In this document: positions 15,747 through 25,011 of the stretch, piece by piece
Position numbering within the stretch: the first letter of the stretch is position 1
Layout: every line of letters begins with the position of its first letter
IMG/VR virus record: IMGVR_UViG_3300046720_000003
Coordinates: 1-28,155 of that record
Direction: 5' to 3' (one strand)
DNA: 28,155 bases
From: a virus
Taxonomy: Duplodnaviria > Caudoviricetes
Notes under the pieces: generated by a model
What the model was told of the DNA's origin: nothing
The model's database searches: none
What the model saw: only the letters and a program-made list of their open reading frames with translations
Made by a program: the position numbers and the translations under genes

Positions 15747-18700
15747 TCACCCCCTCCGGCCTGGGCGCAGGACCTGCAGCAGTTGCCCGTTGGCCGAGCG
15801 GACCTCGGCGCGGGCGATGTCGGTGATCTCGCGGTCGCCGATGTGGACCTGCACATACAGCGGGCCCACATCGCCGCGGCCGGGGGTGGCGCCCGCCCGC
15901 GGCGCGCCCCACTGCCCGGTGAGCGTGGCCGCGGACATGCGGCCCGCGGCGGAGGTGACGGCGGGCCCCATCCGGTCCATGCCGCCGATCAGGCCGGCGC
16001 CGAAATCTCTGCCGATCAACTCGGCCTTCTTGGACGGGCTGTGACTGTCCAGGGCCCTGCGGATGGATTTGACCAGGCCCGCCCCAAGCCGGTCCATCTG
16101 ATGCTGCAGGGCTTTCTCCTGCGACTGCAGGCCGGCGAGGAACCCCTTGCCTGCGTTCTTGCCGGAGTCGTACAAGACGTCCGACATGGTGCGGCCGTAG
16201 CTCTTGGCGATCTTCGCCCCGGATCGGGCGACGCGGTTCAGCCGGGCGATGTCGCCAGCGCTCGCGCCCTCCAGGATCCGCGACAGGTTCCCGCCCGGGC
16301 CCTCGTCGATGAGCTGCCGCAGCAGGTCCTTGTGCAGTCCCCGCTTCGCCAGGCCGGCCACCTGGCGGCGGAACCCGCTCGCCTTGGCTTGCTGGCGTTC
16401 CATGCCCGTGAGCAGGCCCACGACGTCATGCGCGGTGCTCGCCCGGCTGCCCAGGAACTCCTGGGCAGTACCCCGCTGCTCACCCGCATACGTCTTGGCC
16501 TGCCGGATCTGCTCGGCGATCTTGTCCCGCTGGTTGGCGAGGGACTGCAGCCTGCGGCTGGCGCGGTCGACCTGGCCCGCCAGCTGCCAGCCAGCCTTGC
16601 CGAGCTTCTTCAGGTCGGTTGCCAGCGCCTTGGACGCCGAGCGGATCTCTGACGCCGACTTGGTCAGGGACCGGCCGAAGTCCCCGAAGTCGCCGGGCAG
16701 CTCGCGGCGGGCGTTGATGACGGACTGGGGGGTCTTTTTGACGCGGCCGCCCTTGGCGTAGCCGACCATGCCGCCGTCGGCGAACCGCATGCCTACCGGG
16801 GTGCCGAAGCGGCCCCAGCGGTTGAGTGCATTGACGAAGCCCGCCGGGCCGAGCCCAGTGGCCTGGCCGCCCTTGCGTACCGTCTCCGGCACGATGACGC
16901 CCTCGCCCTGGGACGCGAGGATCAGCTCCGTGTCACGGCGGGGCGCGTACCCGGGGATGTACAGGCCGTCCTGGGCGCGGCCGACAGTCCCGCCGTAGGA
17001 CATGCGTCCGGCGGAGAACCCGGAGATCGACTTGCCCTTGTACCGGTAGAACGTGGTGGTGGTGATCGTGACGTTCTTGCCCCGCAGGGCGTTGATGGTC
17101 CGCTGCAGCGCGGCGATCGCCGCGCGGGATCCACCGGTCGGCACGGTGATCCACACTTTCTTGCTGCCCGGGATCCGCTTCACGCTGTACCCGGCGGCCT
17201 GCAACGCCTTGATCGCCGCTCCGGTCGGCGCCCGGATGGCGATCGCCCTGCCGGCCGGGATGTCCCTGACCTTCTTGCGGACGTCGTCCAGCTCGGATGC
17301 GACCCGGTCCGCACCTGGCGCCCCGACTTTGGTCTGCTTCGACGCAGGCAGCTGGGCGTAGGCGGAGGTGAGCTTGCGGATGGCGTCCTCGCTGAACCCG
17401 GCCGCGCGCATGGTGCGCTTCAGCGCGCCGATGTCCTGCTCCAGAACCTTGTTACCGGCTTCCACCGAGCCCTTCTGGTCGGCCACCGCCTGAGCGTGCT
17501 CCTGCGCCCCTTTCGCGGCGTCCAGGAACGCCGATTTGACCTTGCGGCCCTTCTCGGAGGTCACGTCCAGGCTGTGCCCGTTGTCCTTGACCGCGCTGGT
17601 CAGATCGGCGAGGGACTGCCGGAAGGCGATCTCCTGCTCGGCCGCGCCGATGTTCAGGCCGTTCAACGTCTTCAACGCGTCGGTGAGCTTTTCGGCCGCG
17701 GTCCGCTGGTCTTGCAGCTCATCCGCGGTCATTCCCGCGGCATCGCCAAGTTTCTTCTGCCCGTCAGCCGTCAGCTTCTGCTGCGTGTCCGCACCCGCGA
17801 GAGCGTCCGAGTACTGCGGCAGCAGCGTGCGCAGCTTCCCGGTGGACGTACCGGACCTCTCAGCCTGAGCGGCCATACGGCCGAACGCCCGCGCGGCCAC
17901 ATCGGGGGATCCGGACTGCACCAGCGATGCGAGGGCCTCGTCCACGCCCTTGACCTTGTCTCGGGCTTCTTGGAGCTTCGCGTCGTCGCCGAACCCGAAA
18001 TGCGAGATCTCGTACAGGCTGTCGCCGATGCGGTCCAGCGCGGCCGGGTGGGCGATCCGCCCGACAGCGTCCCCGAACGCGCCGAGGTCCCTGCCGAGCA
18101 CCTTCGCGGCCTCGCCCGACGCCTTGCCCCTCAGCGCCAGGTCTACCAGCGAGTTTGTGAGCCTGGTGACGTTCGGCGGGGCCGCCCGGAACTGCTCGTC
18201 GAGCTTGTTCATGCCGTAGCCCACGGCGGCCAGGACTCCCAGGACGCCGCCGACTTTGCTCAGCGTCATCAGCGCGCCCCGTGTCGCGGCGGCGGTGATC
18301 CCCATGCTGGTCAGCTGGGCGCGCACCGCGGCGATCCGCGGCAGCATCAGCAGCATGCCGGCGGCCACGAGGCCGGCAATGCCGGCCACGCCGCCGAGCA
18401 TGGTCACCGTTCTCTGCAGCGGCGCGGGCAGGTCGTTGTAGGCGTTGACCAGGACCGTGACCCAGCGGGTCATCGCCCGCAGGGAGCCGTTGGCCGCGGA
18501 GCCCCCCTCGATGAGCGCGACCTCGATGGCGCCGCGCAACCGCTCCAGGTCGCCGATGAGGTTGTCGGTCTGGATGGACGCCATGCGGCCGGCCGCGCCC
18601 TGGTCGTCGACGGACTTGACGTACCGGTCGATGCCCTTGGAGCCGAGCTCGTACAGGATCGTCGCCGAGCGCACTGCGTCCGAGCCGAAGATGGTCGCCA

Positions 18701-19517
18701 TGGCTGCGTTGCGGGCCTCGGGCGTCAACTTTTTGAACGAGGCCTTCATGCGTCCGGCCAGTTCGGACAGTCCCACGAACTTGCCCGTCGAGTCGTAGGC
18801 GCTGAACCCGATCTTGTCCATGGCGGCCTTGGCCTCGTCGGACTGCGGGACGAGGCGCTGCAGCATGACCTTCAGCGACGTGCCGGCGTCCGAGCCGATC
18901 AGGGCATGGTCGGCAAAAGCGGCGAGGGTGCCCACCGTGTCCTCAAGGGAGAGACCTGTCTGGTGAGCGAGCAGGCCGCCCATGCGGAGCGACAATCCAA
19001 GGCCGTGCATGTCGGCCGCGGACTTGTTCGCGCCGGCGGACAGCACGTCCGCGATGTGCGTGACGTCCTTGCCCTTCAGGGTGAACGTGTTCATGGCCTG
19101 GGCGGCGATGACTGCGGAGTCGGCGAGGTCCATCTGCCCGGACGCCGCGAGGGCCAGGGATCCCTTCAGGGCGCCGCCGGTGATATCGGCGACAGATACT
19201 CCCGCGCGCGCCAACTCGGCTTCCGCGTCTGCTGCCTGCGTCGCCGTGTAGGACGTGGTTTTGCCCGCCTCCAGCGCGGCCGCGCGCAACTTGGACATCT
19301 GCGCCGCCGAGGCGCCAGACACGGCCCGCACGTTGCTGAGCGCCTGGTCGAACTTGGCCGCGGACGCCACGGCGACCGCGAACCCGGCCACCAGGGCGGT
19401 GGACGCCGCGGCGCCGATGCCCGCCAGCTGAGAGGTGTTCCGGGCCGCGGTGCGCATGTTCCGCGTGTACTGGGAGATGTCGGCGCGCAGGCGCACCGTC
19501 ACGGTACGGACAGCCAC
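15747..19517 (-). CDS. Tape measure protein (TP901 family), 1256 aa
   Basis: Ala-rich helical; FDQALSNVRAVSGA, GSDAGTSLK, IFGSDA motifs; follows the tail chaperones. Confidence 0.95.
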   Translation of the reverse strand: MAVRTVTVRLRADISQYTRNMRTAARNTSQLAGIGAAASTALVAGFAVAVASAAKFDQALSNVRAVSGASAAQMSKLRAAALEAGKTTSYTATQAADAEAELARAGVSVADITGGALKGSLALAASGQMDLADSAVIAAQAMNTFTLKGKDVTHIADVLSAGANKSAADMHGLGLSLRMGGLLAHQTGLSLEDTVGTLAAFADHALIGSDAGTSLKVMLQRLVPQSDEAKAAMDKIGFSAYDSTGKFVGLSELAGRMKASFKKLTPEARNAAMATIFGSDAVRSATILYELGSKGIDRYVKSVDDQGAAGRMASIQTDNLIGDLERLRGAIEVALIEGGSAANGSLRAMTRWVTVLVNAYNDLPAPLQRTVTMLGGVAGIAGLVAAGMLLMLPRIAAVRAQLTSMGITAAATRGALMTLSKVGGVLGVLAAVGYGMNKLDEQFRAAPPNVTRLTNSLVDLALRGKASGEAAKVLGRDLGAFGDAVGRIAHPAALDRIGDSLYEISHFGFGDDAKLQEARDKVKGVDEALASLVQSGSPDVAARAFGRMAAQAERSGTSTGKLRTLLPQYSDALAGADTQQKLTADGQKKLGDAAGMTADELQDQRTAAEKLTDALKTLNGLNIGAAEQEIAFRQSLADLTSAVKDNGHSLDVTSEKGRKVKSAFLDAAKGAQEHAQAVADQKGSVEAGNKVLEQDIGALKRTMRAAGFSEDAIRKLTSAYAQLPASKQTKVGAPGADRVASELDDVRKKVRDIPAGRAIAIRAPTGAAIKALQAAGYSVKRIPGSKKVWITVPTGGSRAAIAALQRTINALRGKNVTITTTTFYRYKGKSISGFSAGRMSYGGTVGRAQDGLYIPGYAPRRDTELILASQGEGVIVPETVRKGGQATGLGPAGFVNALNRWGRFGTPVGMRFADGGMVGYAKGGRVKKTPQSVINARRELPGDFGDFGRSLTKSASEIRSASKALATDLKKLGKAGWQLAGQVDRASRRLQSLANQRDKIAEQIRQAKTYAGEQRGTAQEFLGSRASTAHDVVGLLTGMERQQAKASGFRRQVAGLAKRGLHKDLLRQLIDEGPGGNLSRILEGASAGDIARLNRVARSGAKIAKSYGRTMSDVLYDSGKNAGKGFLAGLQSQEKALQHQMDRLGAGLVKSIRRALDSHSPSKKAELIGRDFGAGLIGGMDRMGPAVTSAAGRMSAATLTGQWGAPRAGATPGRGDVGPLYVQVHIGDREITDIARAEVRSANGQLLQVLRPGRRG

Positions 19518-19520
19518 AGG

Positions 19521-19880
19521 TCACCCCCTCCGCTCGACCAGGACATGCAGGCCGCGGGTGTCCCCGCCGTCCCGCTCGAACTGCTGCACCCTGCGGGCGG
19601 CGGTCGCGCAGGCGTGGCAGCGCGTCACCTCAGCCCGGTACCCGAACTCCGATTCTTTGGCCGCGGCCTCAGACCATGGGCGCCGGCAGTCCGGGCAAGC
19701 GTCCGCCTCGACCTCCATCAGGGCGAACACCCAGGACCGATCCTCCGGCAGCCACAGCGGCTCACCGGGTTCGACCACCCGGCCCATGAACACACTTCGC
19801 GGGACCTGGTGGTCGCGCGCCGCCTCTACTTCCCGTCGGTGAGGGAGGCGAGGATCGCGGAGGCGCGCAGCGAGAAAGGG
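19521..19880 (-). CDS. Tail assembly chaperone, -1 frameshift extension (gpT-like)
   Basis: ORF in the -1 frame overlapping the chaperone 3' end, entered at slippery heptamer C CCU UUC (19874-19880); CxxC...CxxC motifs. Confidence 0.8.
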   Translation of the reverse strand, partial: PFLAARLRDPRLPHRREVEAARDHQVPRSVFMGRVVEPGEPLWLPEDRSWVFALMEVEADACPDCRRPWSEAAAKESEFGYRAEVTRCHACATAARRVQQFERDGGDTRGLHVLVERRG

Positions 19881-20344
19881 ACACTGGTCGCCTCGTTGTT
19901 CGCGTCCCACGCCGCATCGAAAAGTTCTTTGATCTGGCCCTGGTTGAGGACCGCGAACAACTGGCCGACCTGCTCAGGGGTCATCGCCGGGTCCACGCAG
20001 CACGCCGCGATCAGCGCCGGGGGGAAAGTCGAGGAGTCGAACGCCTCCTCCTTGCTGGCAGGGGGGTGCGCGGCCAGCAGATCCGACCACGGCTTGTCAC
20101 CCAGCGCCCGGAACCGAAACTGGGCCTCCTGGCCGCGCATCCGCTCCCGCGCCGACTGCAGCCGCTGGGCGATCTCATGCGCGGGGTTGACGTCCGCGAG
20201 CCCGGTGGGCTCCCAGTCCTCCTGGACCCGGGCCAGCTCGGATTCGAGCTGTTCCACCTCGCCCGCCACGTCACCGGCCAGGCACACCGTGACGGTGCGC
20301 TCGCGGGGCTTGGCGCGCTTGAGGATGTCGCTGATATCGGCCAT
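19826..20344 (-). CDS. Tail assembly chaperone (gpG-like), 172 aa
   Basis: TGATG-coupled to the major tail gene; lies between the tail tube and the TMP. Confidence 0.85.
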   Translation of the reverse strand: MADISDILKRAKPRERTVTVCLAGDVAGEVEQLESELARVQEDWEPTGLADVNPAHEIAQRLQSARERMRGQEAQFRFRALGDKPWSDLLAAHPPASKEEAFDSSTFPPALIAACCVDPAMTPEQVGQLFAVLNQGQIKELFDAAWDANNEATSVPFSLRASAILASLTDGK

Positions 20345-20823
20345 CAGGCCACCGTGGCGCGGGTGTTCGGCTCGGTGGTGAGCTTCATCGGCGACATGAA
20401 CTTCATGACCTCGTTGGCGGCCGGGGCGGCCTGCTGCGGCTCGCCGCACGCCACCGGGTACACCTCGACCGTCTGCCCGGCGGCGATGGCTGTGGTGTAG
20501 GCCACGGCGCGGCGCACGATCAGGTAGCCGTGGGTGCCGTAGGTCAGCGTCGTGTACGGGGAATCCTCGTTCGGCGTCGACCCGCGCTTGAACGTCACCT
20601 CTAGGTCGAAGCCGCGCCGTCCGACCTCCTGGGTGGTGAACGTCGAGGCCAGCGAGGACGTGTCGACGGTTTCCGTGGACGCGTCCGTTTTCAGGCCGTC
20701 CGGGGTGATCCGCTGGGTGTAGTCACTGCCGGCGGTGATCTCCGCCACGGTGGGCGTGTTGACGTTCGCGACGGTCGACGCCCAGACGACCATCGTTTTG
20801 CCGTCGCTGATCAGGTCAGACAT
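20344..20823 (-). CDS. Major tail tube protein
   Basis: AAGGAGG RBS; PTVAEI..G, ITPDGL, GQTVEVYPV motifs; synteny. Confidence 0.85.
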   Translation of the reverse strand: MSDLISDGKTMVVWASTVANVNTPTVAEITAGSDYTQRITPDGLKTDASTETVDTSSLASTFTTQEVGRRGFDLEVTFKRGSTPNEDSPYTTLTYGTHGYLIVRRAVAYTTAIAAGQTVEVYPVACGEPQQAAPAANEVMKFMSPMKLTTEPNTRATVA

Positions 20824-20841
20824 GGGCCCTCCTTGGGCATG

Positions 20842-20864
20842 AAAAAAGCCCCGGGCGACGGGGC
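20842..20864 (-). terminator. Intrinsic terminator upstream of the major tail gene
   Basis: GCCCCG-N5-CGGGGC followed by UUUUUU. Confidence 0.7.
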
Positions 20865-20884
20865 GGGCAGATCAGGGTCCGGGG

Positions 20885-21214
20885 TCAGATGACCAGGCAG
20901 GCAGCGGTGACGTTCGTCGTGGACGAGTAGGCGACCGCGCACGTGCCGTCGGTGGCACCGGCGAACAGGTCCGGCGTGATCGGGCCGATCATCTTGTCGC
21001 CGGTCGTCGCGGGAACGGTGACCACCAGGTCCGCGACACCTTGCCCGCGGATCTTGCCGGTGGCGGTGAGGGTGACGGTCATCGACGACCCTGCGGTGTT
21101 CTTCACGTGCAGGAACGTGCGCTCACCGCAGTTCACCGTGGTCGATGCGGCGGCGGCGCTGTAGGTCGGGGTCAGGCCGGTCAGGGCGATGGCCTGCTGG
21201 GCCAGGAGGGCCAT
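20885..21214 (-). CDS. Small beta-rich putative virion protein
   Basis: 109 aa, Thr/Ala/Val-rich, GGAG RBS, within the structural operon. Confidence 0.7.
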   Translation of the reverse strand: MALLAQQAIALTGLTPTYSAAAASTTVNCGERTFLHVKNTAGSSMTVTLTATGKIRGQGVADLVVTVPATTGDKMIGPITPDLFAGATDGTCAVAYSSTTNVTAACLVI

Positions 21215-21231
21215 GGGAATCTCCGATCAGG

Positions 21232-21630
21232 TCAGGCAGTGGACTGGAGCCGGTACTGCACCGGCAGGAAATACAGCGGCGGGGTCACATCATCGTCGCG
21301 TTGCACTGGCGGGCCGCCGAGCTCCTCCGGCCGCCACGACGTCCGGCCCGCGACCGTCAGGGCCGGAAACAGGGCGGCGCGGGCCTTATCCGCCACCCAC
21401 AGCGCTTGCTCCTCCGTCGGGCCGACGCAGGTGACCTGGAACATGCACACGAAGTCCGTGCGCTTGTCGGCCAGCGACTCGGGCACCGACTGGCCGGGGT
21501 CGAAGTACAGGGCCACGTATATGGAGGGCGCCGACGGTGGGGCCCCGCCCAGGCCCACCGCCAGACCCGCGCCCTCCAGCGCCGCCCGCACCGCATCCCG
21601 GTGCGGCAGGACCGTCGGGGGCGTGCTCAC
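21232..21630 (-). CDS. Tail terminator-like protein
   Basis: Synteny; YVALY..FQVTCVG..QALWVADKAR..RDDDVTPPLY. Confidence 0.75.
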   Translation of the reverse strand: MSTPPTVLPHRDAVRAALEGAGLAVGLGGAPPSAPSIYVALYFDPGQSVPESLADKRTDFVCMFQVTCVGPTEEQALWVADKARAALFPALTVAGRTSWRPEELGGPPVQRDDDVTPPLYFLPVQYRLQSTA

Positions 21631-21637
21631 GGCAGCA

Positions 21638-22036
21638 TCACCACCACGTCAGCCCCCTCGCCGTGATCAGGGCCATCTGCGCCTCGAACCGCGGCATCTC
21701 CGCCGCCAGCGCCCGCCCCCCGTCGTTGTGCGGCGGGTTCTTCGACGACCCGTACTCCAGGAGGTTGCCCAGCGCGCCCTGCCGGCGCCCCTTGTCCGGG
21801 CCGATCTCCGCCTCCGTGACCGGGCCCAGACGCCGCACATCGAAGCTGATCGAGCTCGGGTAGTACGGGGCGTGCCGTCCCGACGAGGCGCGAGCGTTGA
21901 CCCGCCAGTCCCGCTTGATGTTCAACGCGCCGCGGCGCACCACCATCGCCGCGTCCCGCTCCGCCTGTGGCACCACCCTTGCCAGATGCCGCTCCAGGCG
22001 CCTCACCGCGCCCATATCGATCCTGGTACCCGTCAC
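21638..22036 (-). CDS. HK97 gp10-like neck/tail completion protein
   Basis: GTGA-coupled; AEIGP..LGNLLEYGS..PPH motif. Confidence 0.75.
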   Translation of the reverse strand: MTGTRIDMGAVRRLERHLARVVPQAERDAAMVVRRGALNIKRDWRVNARASSGRHAPYYPSSISFDVRRLGPVTEAEIGPDKGRRQGALGNLLEYGSSKNPPHNDGGRALAAEMPRFEAQMALITARGLTWW

Positions 22037-22446
22037 GACCGGTCCTCCGTGCTGATTCGCCACGCCGTCGCCGTGGCCCCGAACTGGCTACCTGTCACCC
22101 ACAGCGTCAGCCCAGCCAGGCGCACATCCGGCGACGCCTGAACCTCCACCCGGTCGCCGGCCAGGACCCGGCCACCGCCCGGAATCACCGTCGCCCACGG
22201 CAGCGCCACCTGGTACTCGCGCAGGATGACCTCGCGCTCGCCCGCCTGCACCTGCTCGCCCGTCGCCTGCGCGACCGGCTTCACCCGCCCCCGGCCGGTG
22301 TACAAGGTGGTCTGCTGGCCCGGCGCTGTACTGCCTGTCGCCCGGTCGAAAACACCCTCGGCCTGCCGGTACAACCGCACCGTGTCCACCATCAGCTGCT
22401 CGTGCTCACGACGGCCAGCGGTAAGGGCGGCTTCCAGGGCGCTCAC
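22033..22446 (-). CDS. Head-to-tail stopper (DUF6093-like)
   Basis: GTGA-coupled start at 22446; LMVDTVR..LYTGRGRVK..GDRVEV..TAWR. Confidence 0.78.
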   Translation of the reverse strand: MSALEAALTAGRREHEQLMVDTVRLYRQAEGVFDRATGSTAPGQQTTLYTGRGRVKPVAQATGEQVQAGEREVILREYQVALPWATVIPGGGRVLAGDRVEVQASPDVRLAGLTLWVTGSQFGATATAWRISTEDRS

Positions 22447-23066
22447 GACGGCGCTACCGAGAACGCTGCCCGCCGGTACGAGCGCAAGTCCTCTTTGTGG
22501 CCGCTGGTCAGCCGCGCGTTGCCGATGGTCTCCGACGCGAACGTGCGGCTGTAATCGTCGATGCTGACGCTGCGCAGGTTCTCCGGGTTGGACAGGTTCA
22601 TCGTCGCCAGATCGAGCACGACGTCGACGATGTCGTCCGGAACCTCGGCGTAGCCGTGGCTGTAGGTGACCCGCACCTTCGGCGCCCAGACGCCCTGAGG
22701 GGGCGCCCAGGGCCAGCCCATCAGCCGCGTCGGCGCCTGCCACGGGTAACCGCGAGTCAGCTCGTTGCCCAGCCGCGAGTAGTCACGGCCCTCGATCGCC
22801 TCCAGCTCGACGCCGCCGAAGTCGGCGACCTCGACCACGGTGAGCGGATGGGCGTCGTCGACGACCAGCGGGTACTGCGGAAGCCGCAGGACCCGCTCGC
22901 CACCAGGGAGCATTACGGTATCGCCCCCGACGAACGTGATGTCCTGCCGCGTGTATCGGCGTACCCGGGCCGACGCCCGGCGTAGCGCCAACTCCATCGC
23001 CGCGTCCGATCCCGTAGCGCCTGCAGCTTGCAGATCGGCCGCCATCGCGAGCAGAGGCAGAGCCAT
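22443..23066 (-). CDS. Head-to-tail adaptor
   Basis: ASARVRRY, VTYSHGY..VPDDI, NPENLRSVSIDDYS motifs. Confidence 0.8.
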   Translation of the reverse strand: MALPLLAMAADLQAAGATGSDAAMELALRRASARVRRYTRQDITFVGGDTVMLPGGERVLRLPQYPLVVDDAHPLTVVEVADFGGVELEAIEGRDYSRLGNELTRGYPWQAPTRLMGWPWAPPQGVWAPKVRVTYSHGYAEVPDDIVDVVLDLATMNLSNPENLRSVSIDDYSRTFASETIGNARLTSGHKEDLRSYRRAAFSVAPS

Positions 23067-23078
23067 GGCGGCCTCCCC

Positions 23079-23420
23079 TCACGCTTCCGGGCCGGCGTCG
23101 GCGAGCTTGGCCAATTGCTTCACCAACGTGGAGCGCGGCTTTCCCTTCGCCTGCTCCGCGGCCAGCGCCGCCGCCGCCCGCTCCGAGTCATCGCCCACCC
23201 ACGCGAGAATGGCGTCCGCCTTCGCGTCGATGTCCAACTCGGCGGGCGGATCTCCTGGGACCGCAGGCTCGGGGTCGCCTTCCAGTACCTCCACCGAACC
23301 GGCGGGGCTGTTGTCGGCCAGATGCCGGGCGAGATCGCCGACGAACTCCTCACCCACCTCGAAGCCGCGGACCTCGTAGTTCCAATACGCCGCGAACGGC
23401 TTGACGATGCGCACGCGCAT
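23079..23420 (-). CDS. Small post-capsid hypothetical protein
   Basis: AAGGAG RBS; C-terminal ILAWVG..ALAAE..KPRSTLV helical motif. Confidence 0.75.
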   Translation of the reverse strand: MRVRIVKPFAAYWNYEVRGFEVGEEFVGDLARHLADNSPAGSVEVLEGDPEPAVPGDPPAELDIDAKADAILAWVGDDSERAAAALAAEQAKGKPRSTLVKQLAKLADAGPEA

Positions 23421-23441
23421 GCCTGATCTCCTTCCTCAGGG

Positions 23442-23478
23442 CCCTGCTGCCGCAGGCGCGAGACATGCGGCAACAGGG
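23442..23478 (-). terminator. Stem-loop after the major capsid gene
   Basis: 13-bp stem on the minus-strand RNA (one G-U pair), 6 nt after the stop. Confidence 0.6.
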
Positions 23479-23484
23479 AACCAA

Positions 23485-24819
23485 TCAGGCGTGCTCGATG
23501 ACCACGCCGCGCTTGAAAAGCGCCGCGTCACCAGTGCCCGCGTCGGACGGAACACCGTAGTCGCCCACCCACGACCAGGTCGTGGCGATGACCTGCTGGT
23601 AGCGGTCGGCGGGCGGGCGCACGATCAGCGTGATGTCCACACCCGGAGCCGGCGTGATGTTCCGGATCTCCGGCACGTCCTCCGTGCCGGTGCCCTCCAG
23701 CAGGGTCCCGGTCCGCTCGAACGGGGCGGCGATGAGCGCGCCCGCGCCGAGCACGACGGGGCGGTGCACCGTGAGTGTGCCCGCCGAGCCGCCGAGGATG
23801 GTCGGGGCCTCCAGGTTGCGAACCCAGTCGATGCCCGCGAACCGGCCGATGGACAGGTCCCGGTAGATCGGGGAGTCGACGCGGCCCTGCAGGGCCTGCT
23901 TGAAGTCCGAGTCCGCGAACAGCTCGGACTCCGTGTCGGGGTCGATGTGCGCGACGTAGTAGCCGCCCAGCGTCGGAACCGCCATCTTCCGCAGGCGAGC
24001 GACCGCAGCACGGAAGTTCGCGAAGGTGACGACGTTGGTGCCGGACAGGTCGAAGGCCGAGGCGCCCGTCGCCCGCACCGACACCGGGGCGTTCGCCGCC
24101 ACCACCGAGTCGCCCACCACGTCGACCCGAGTGGTGCCCAGCGTCAACGTCTTGGTGGAGGTGTCCACGCCAGTCACGGTGTTCGCGACACCGGCGATGG
24201 ACACCGTCAGCGGGGTCGACGCCGACACGGCAGTCGGCACGCCGTTCACCAGCACCTTCTCGAAACCGTCGGTGCTGTTGACGATGATGCTGGTGTCGGT
24301 GCTGGCCGCGGCGGTGGCCCAGGTCCGGCCGCCCGCATAGGCCTTGTACAGCTTGTTCCGGGCGATCTGGTTCAGCGACTGGCCAGCGTTGATTCCCAGC
24401 GTCTCGGTGTCGGAGAGGAACTTGTTGGCCAGCGCCATCGCTGAGGACAGCATGTTGGTGTCCATGCTGTTACCGAACTGGTCCATGGTCACCGAGTACT
24501 GCTCGATGCTGTAGGTCGCCGCCGACGGGTCCGAACCGGTGGTCGCAGTTGTCACCGGGGTCAGCAGACCCCGGCGGGTGAACGTCTTGGTGTCGCCCAG
24601 CCCGCCCATCCACGGCTGCGGGTCGGCGATCTGCGGGAACAGGAACTCCGGAACCAGCGCGTCCTGGAAGACGCGGTCGAGGGTCCCGTTCTGCAGCATC
24701 GCTCGGATCGCGGCCGGGACGGTGCTGCGCACGTCGTGCCGGTCGAGACGGAACCACGGCCGCGCCGCGCTCCGCTGGACATTCAGCCGCGGGCGGACCG
24801 CGGTCATGGCGAGAGTCAT
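23485..24819 (-). CDS. Major capsid protein (N4-gp56-like) with N-terminal leader and beta-rich insertion
   Basis: QFGN..LGINAGQSLNQIARN, YVAHIDP..L..D..F, IGRFAGIDWV; AGGAG RBS; synteny. Confidence 0.85.
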   Translation of the reverse strand: MTLAMTAVRPRLNVQRSAARPWFRLDRHDVRSTVPAAIRAMLQNGTLDRVFQDALVPEFLFPQIADPQPWMGGLGDTKTFTRRGLLTPVTTATTGSDPSAATYSIEQYSVTMDQFGNSMDTNMLSSAMALANKFLSDTETLGINAGQSLNQIARNKLYKAYAGGRTWATAAASTDTSIIVNSTDGFEKVLVNGVPTAVSASTPLTVSIAGVANTVTGVDTSTKTLTLGTTRVDVVGDSVVAANAPVSVRATGASAFDLSGTNVVTFANFRAAVARLRKMAVPTLGGYYVAHIDPDTESELFADSDFKQALQGRVDSPIYRDLSIGRFAGIDWVRNLEAPTILGGSAGTLTVHRPVVLGAGALIAAPFERTGTLLEGTGTEDVPEIRNITPAPGVDITLIVRPPADRYQQVIATTWSWVGDYGVPSDAGTGDAALFKRGVVIEHA

Positions 24820-24822
24820 TCG

Positions 24823-25011
24823 TCACTCCTGTGTGATCTTTACGGACACGAGGTCCGGGTACTGCCGGGCGTATTCCTCCAGCCCAAGCAGCGCGGTTTG
24901 GGTAATGGCAGTGATCGCCGCGCAGACGCGGCCGTCCACGGCGCGGCCCTCGTGTCCGGACACCTCAATGAGGGTGTGTCCGTCGCCCAGCTGGGCACGG
25001 ATTCGGATCAC
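24823..25011 (-). CDS. prp: Minimal Prp-family (DUF464, ribosomal-processing) cysteine protease
   Basis: IEVSGH...VCAAITA (His/Cys dyad) and C-terminal LGLEEYARQYP; TAGTG-coupled to the scaffold stop. Confidence 0.78.
   Translation of the reverse strand: MIRIRAQLGDGHTLIEVSGHEGRAVDGRVCAAITAITQTALLGLEEYARQYPDLVSVKITQE

Noticed and set aside
17496-20381. 961-aa plus-strand ORF (also 14970..16652 and 23401..24444)
   Set aside because: Antisense shadows of the TMP, tail and capsid genes, expected from high-GC codon bias; no protein-like motifs.
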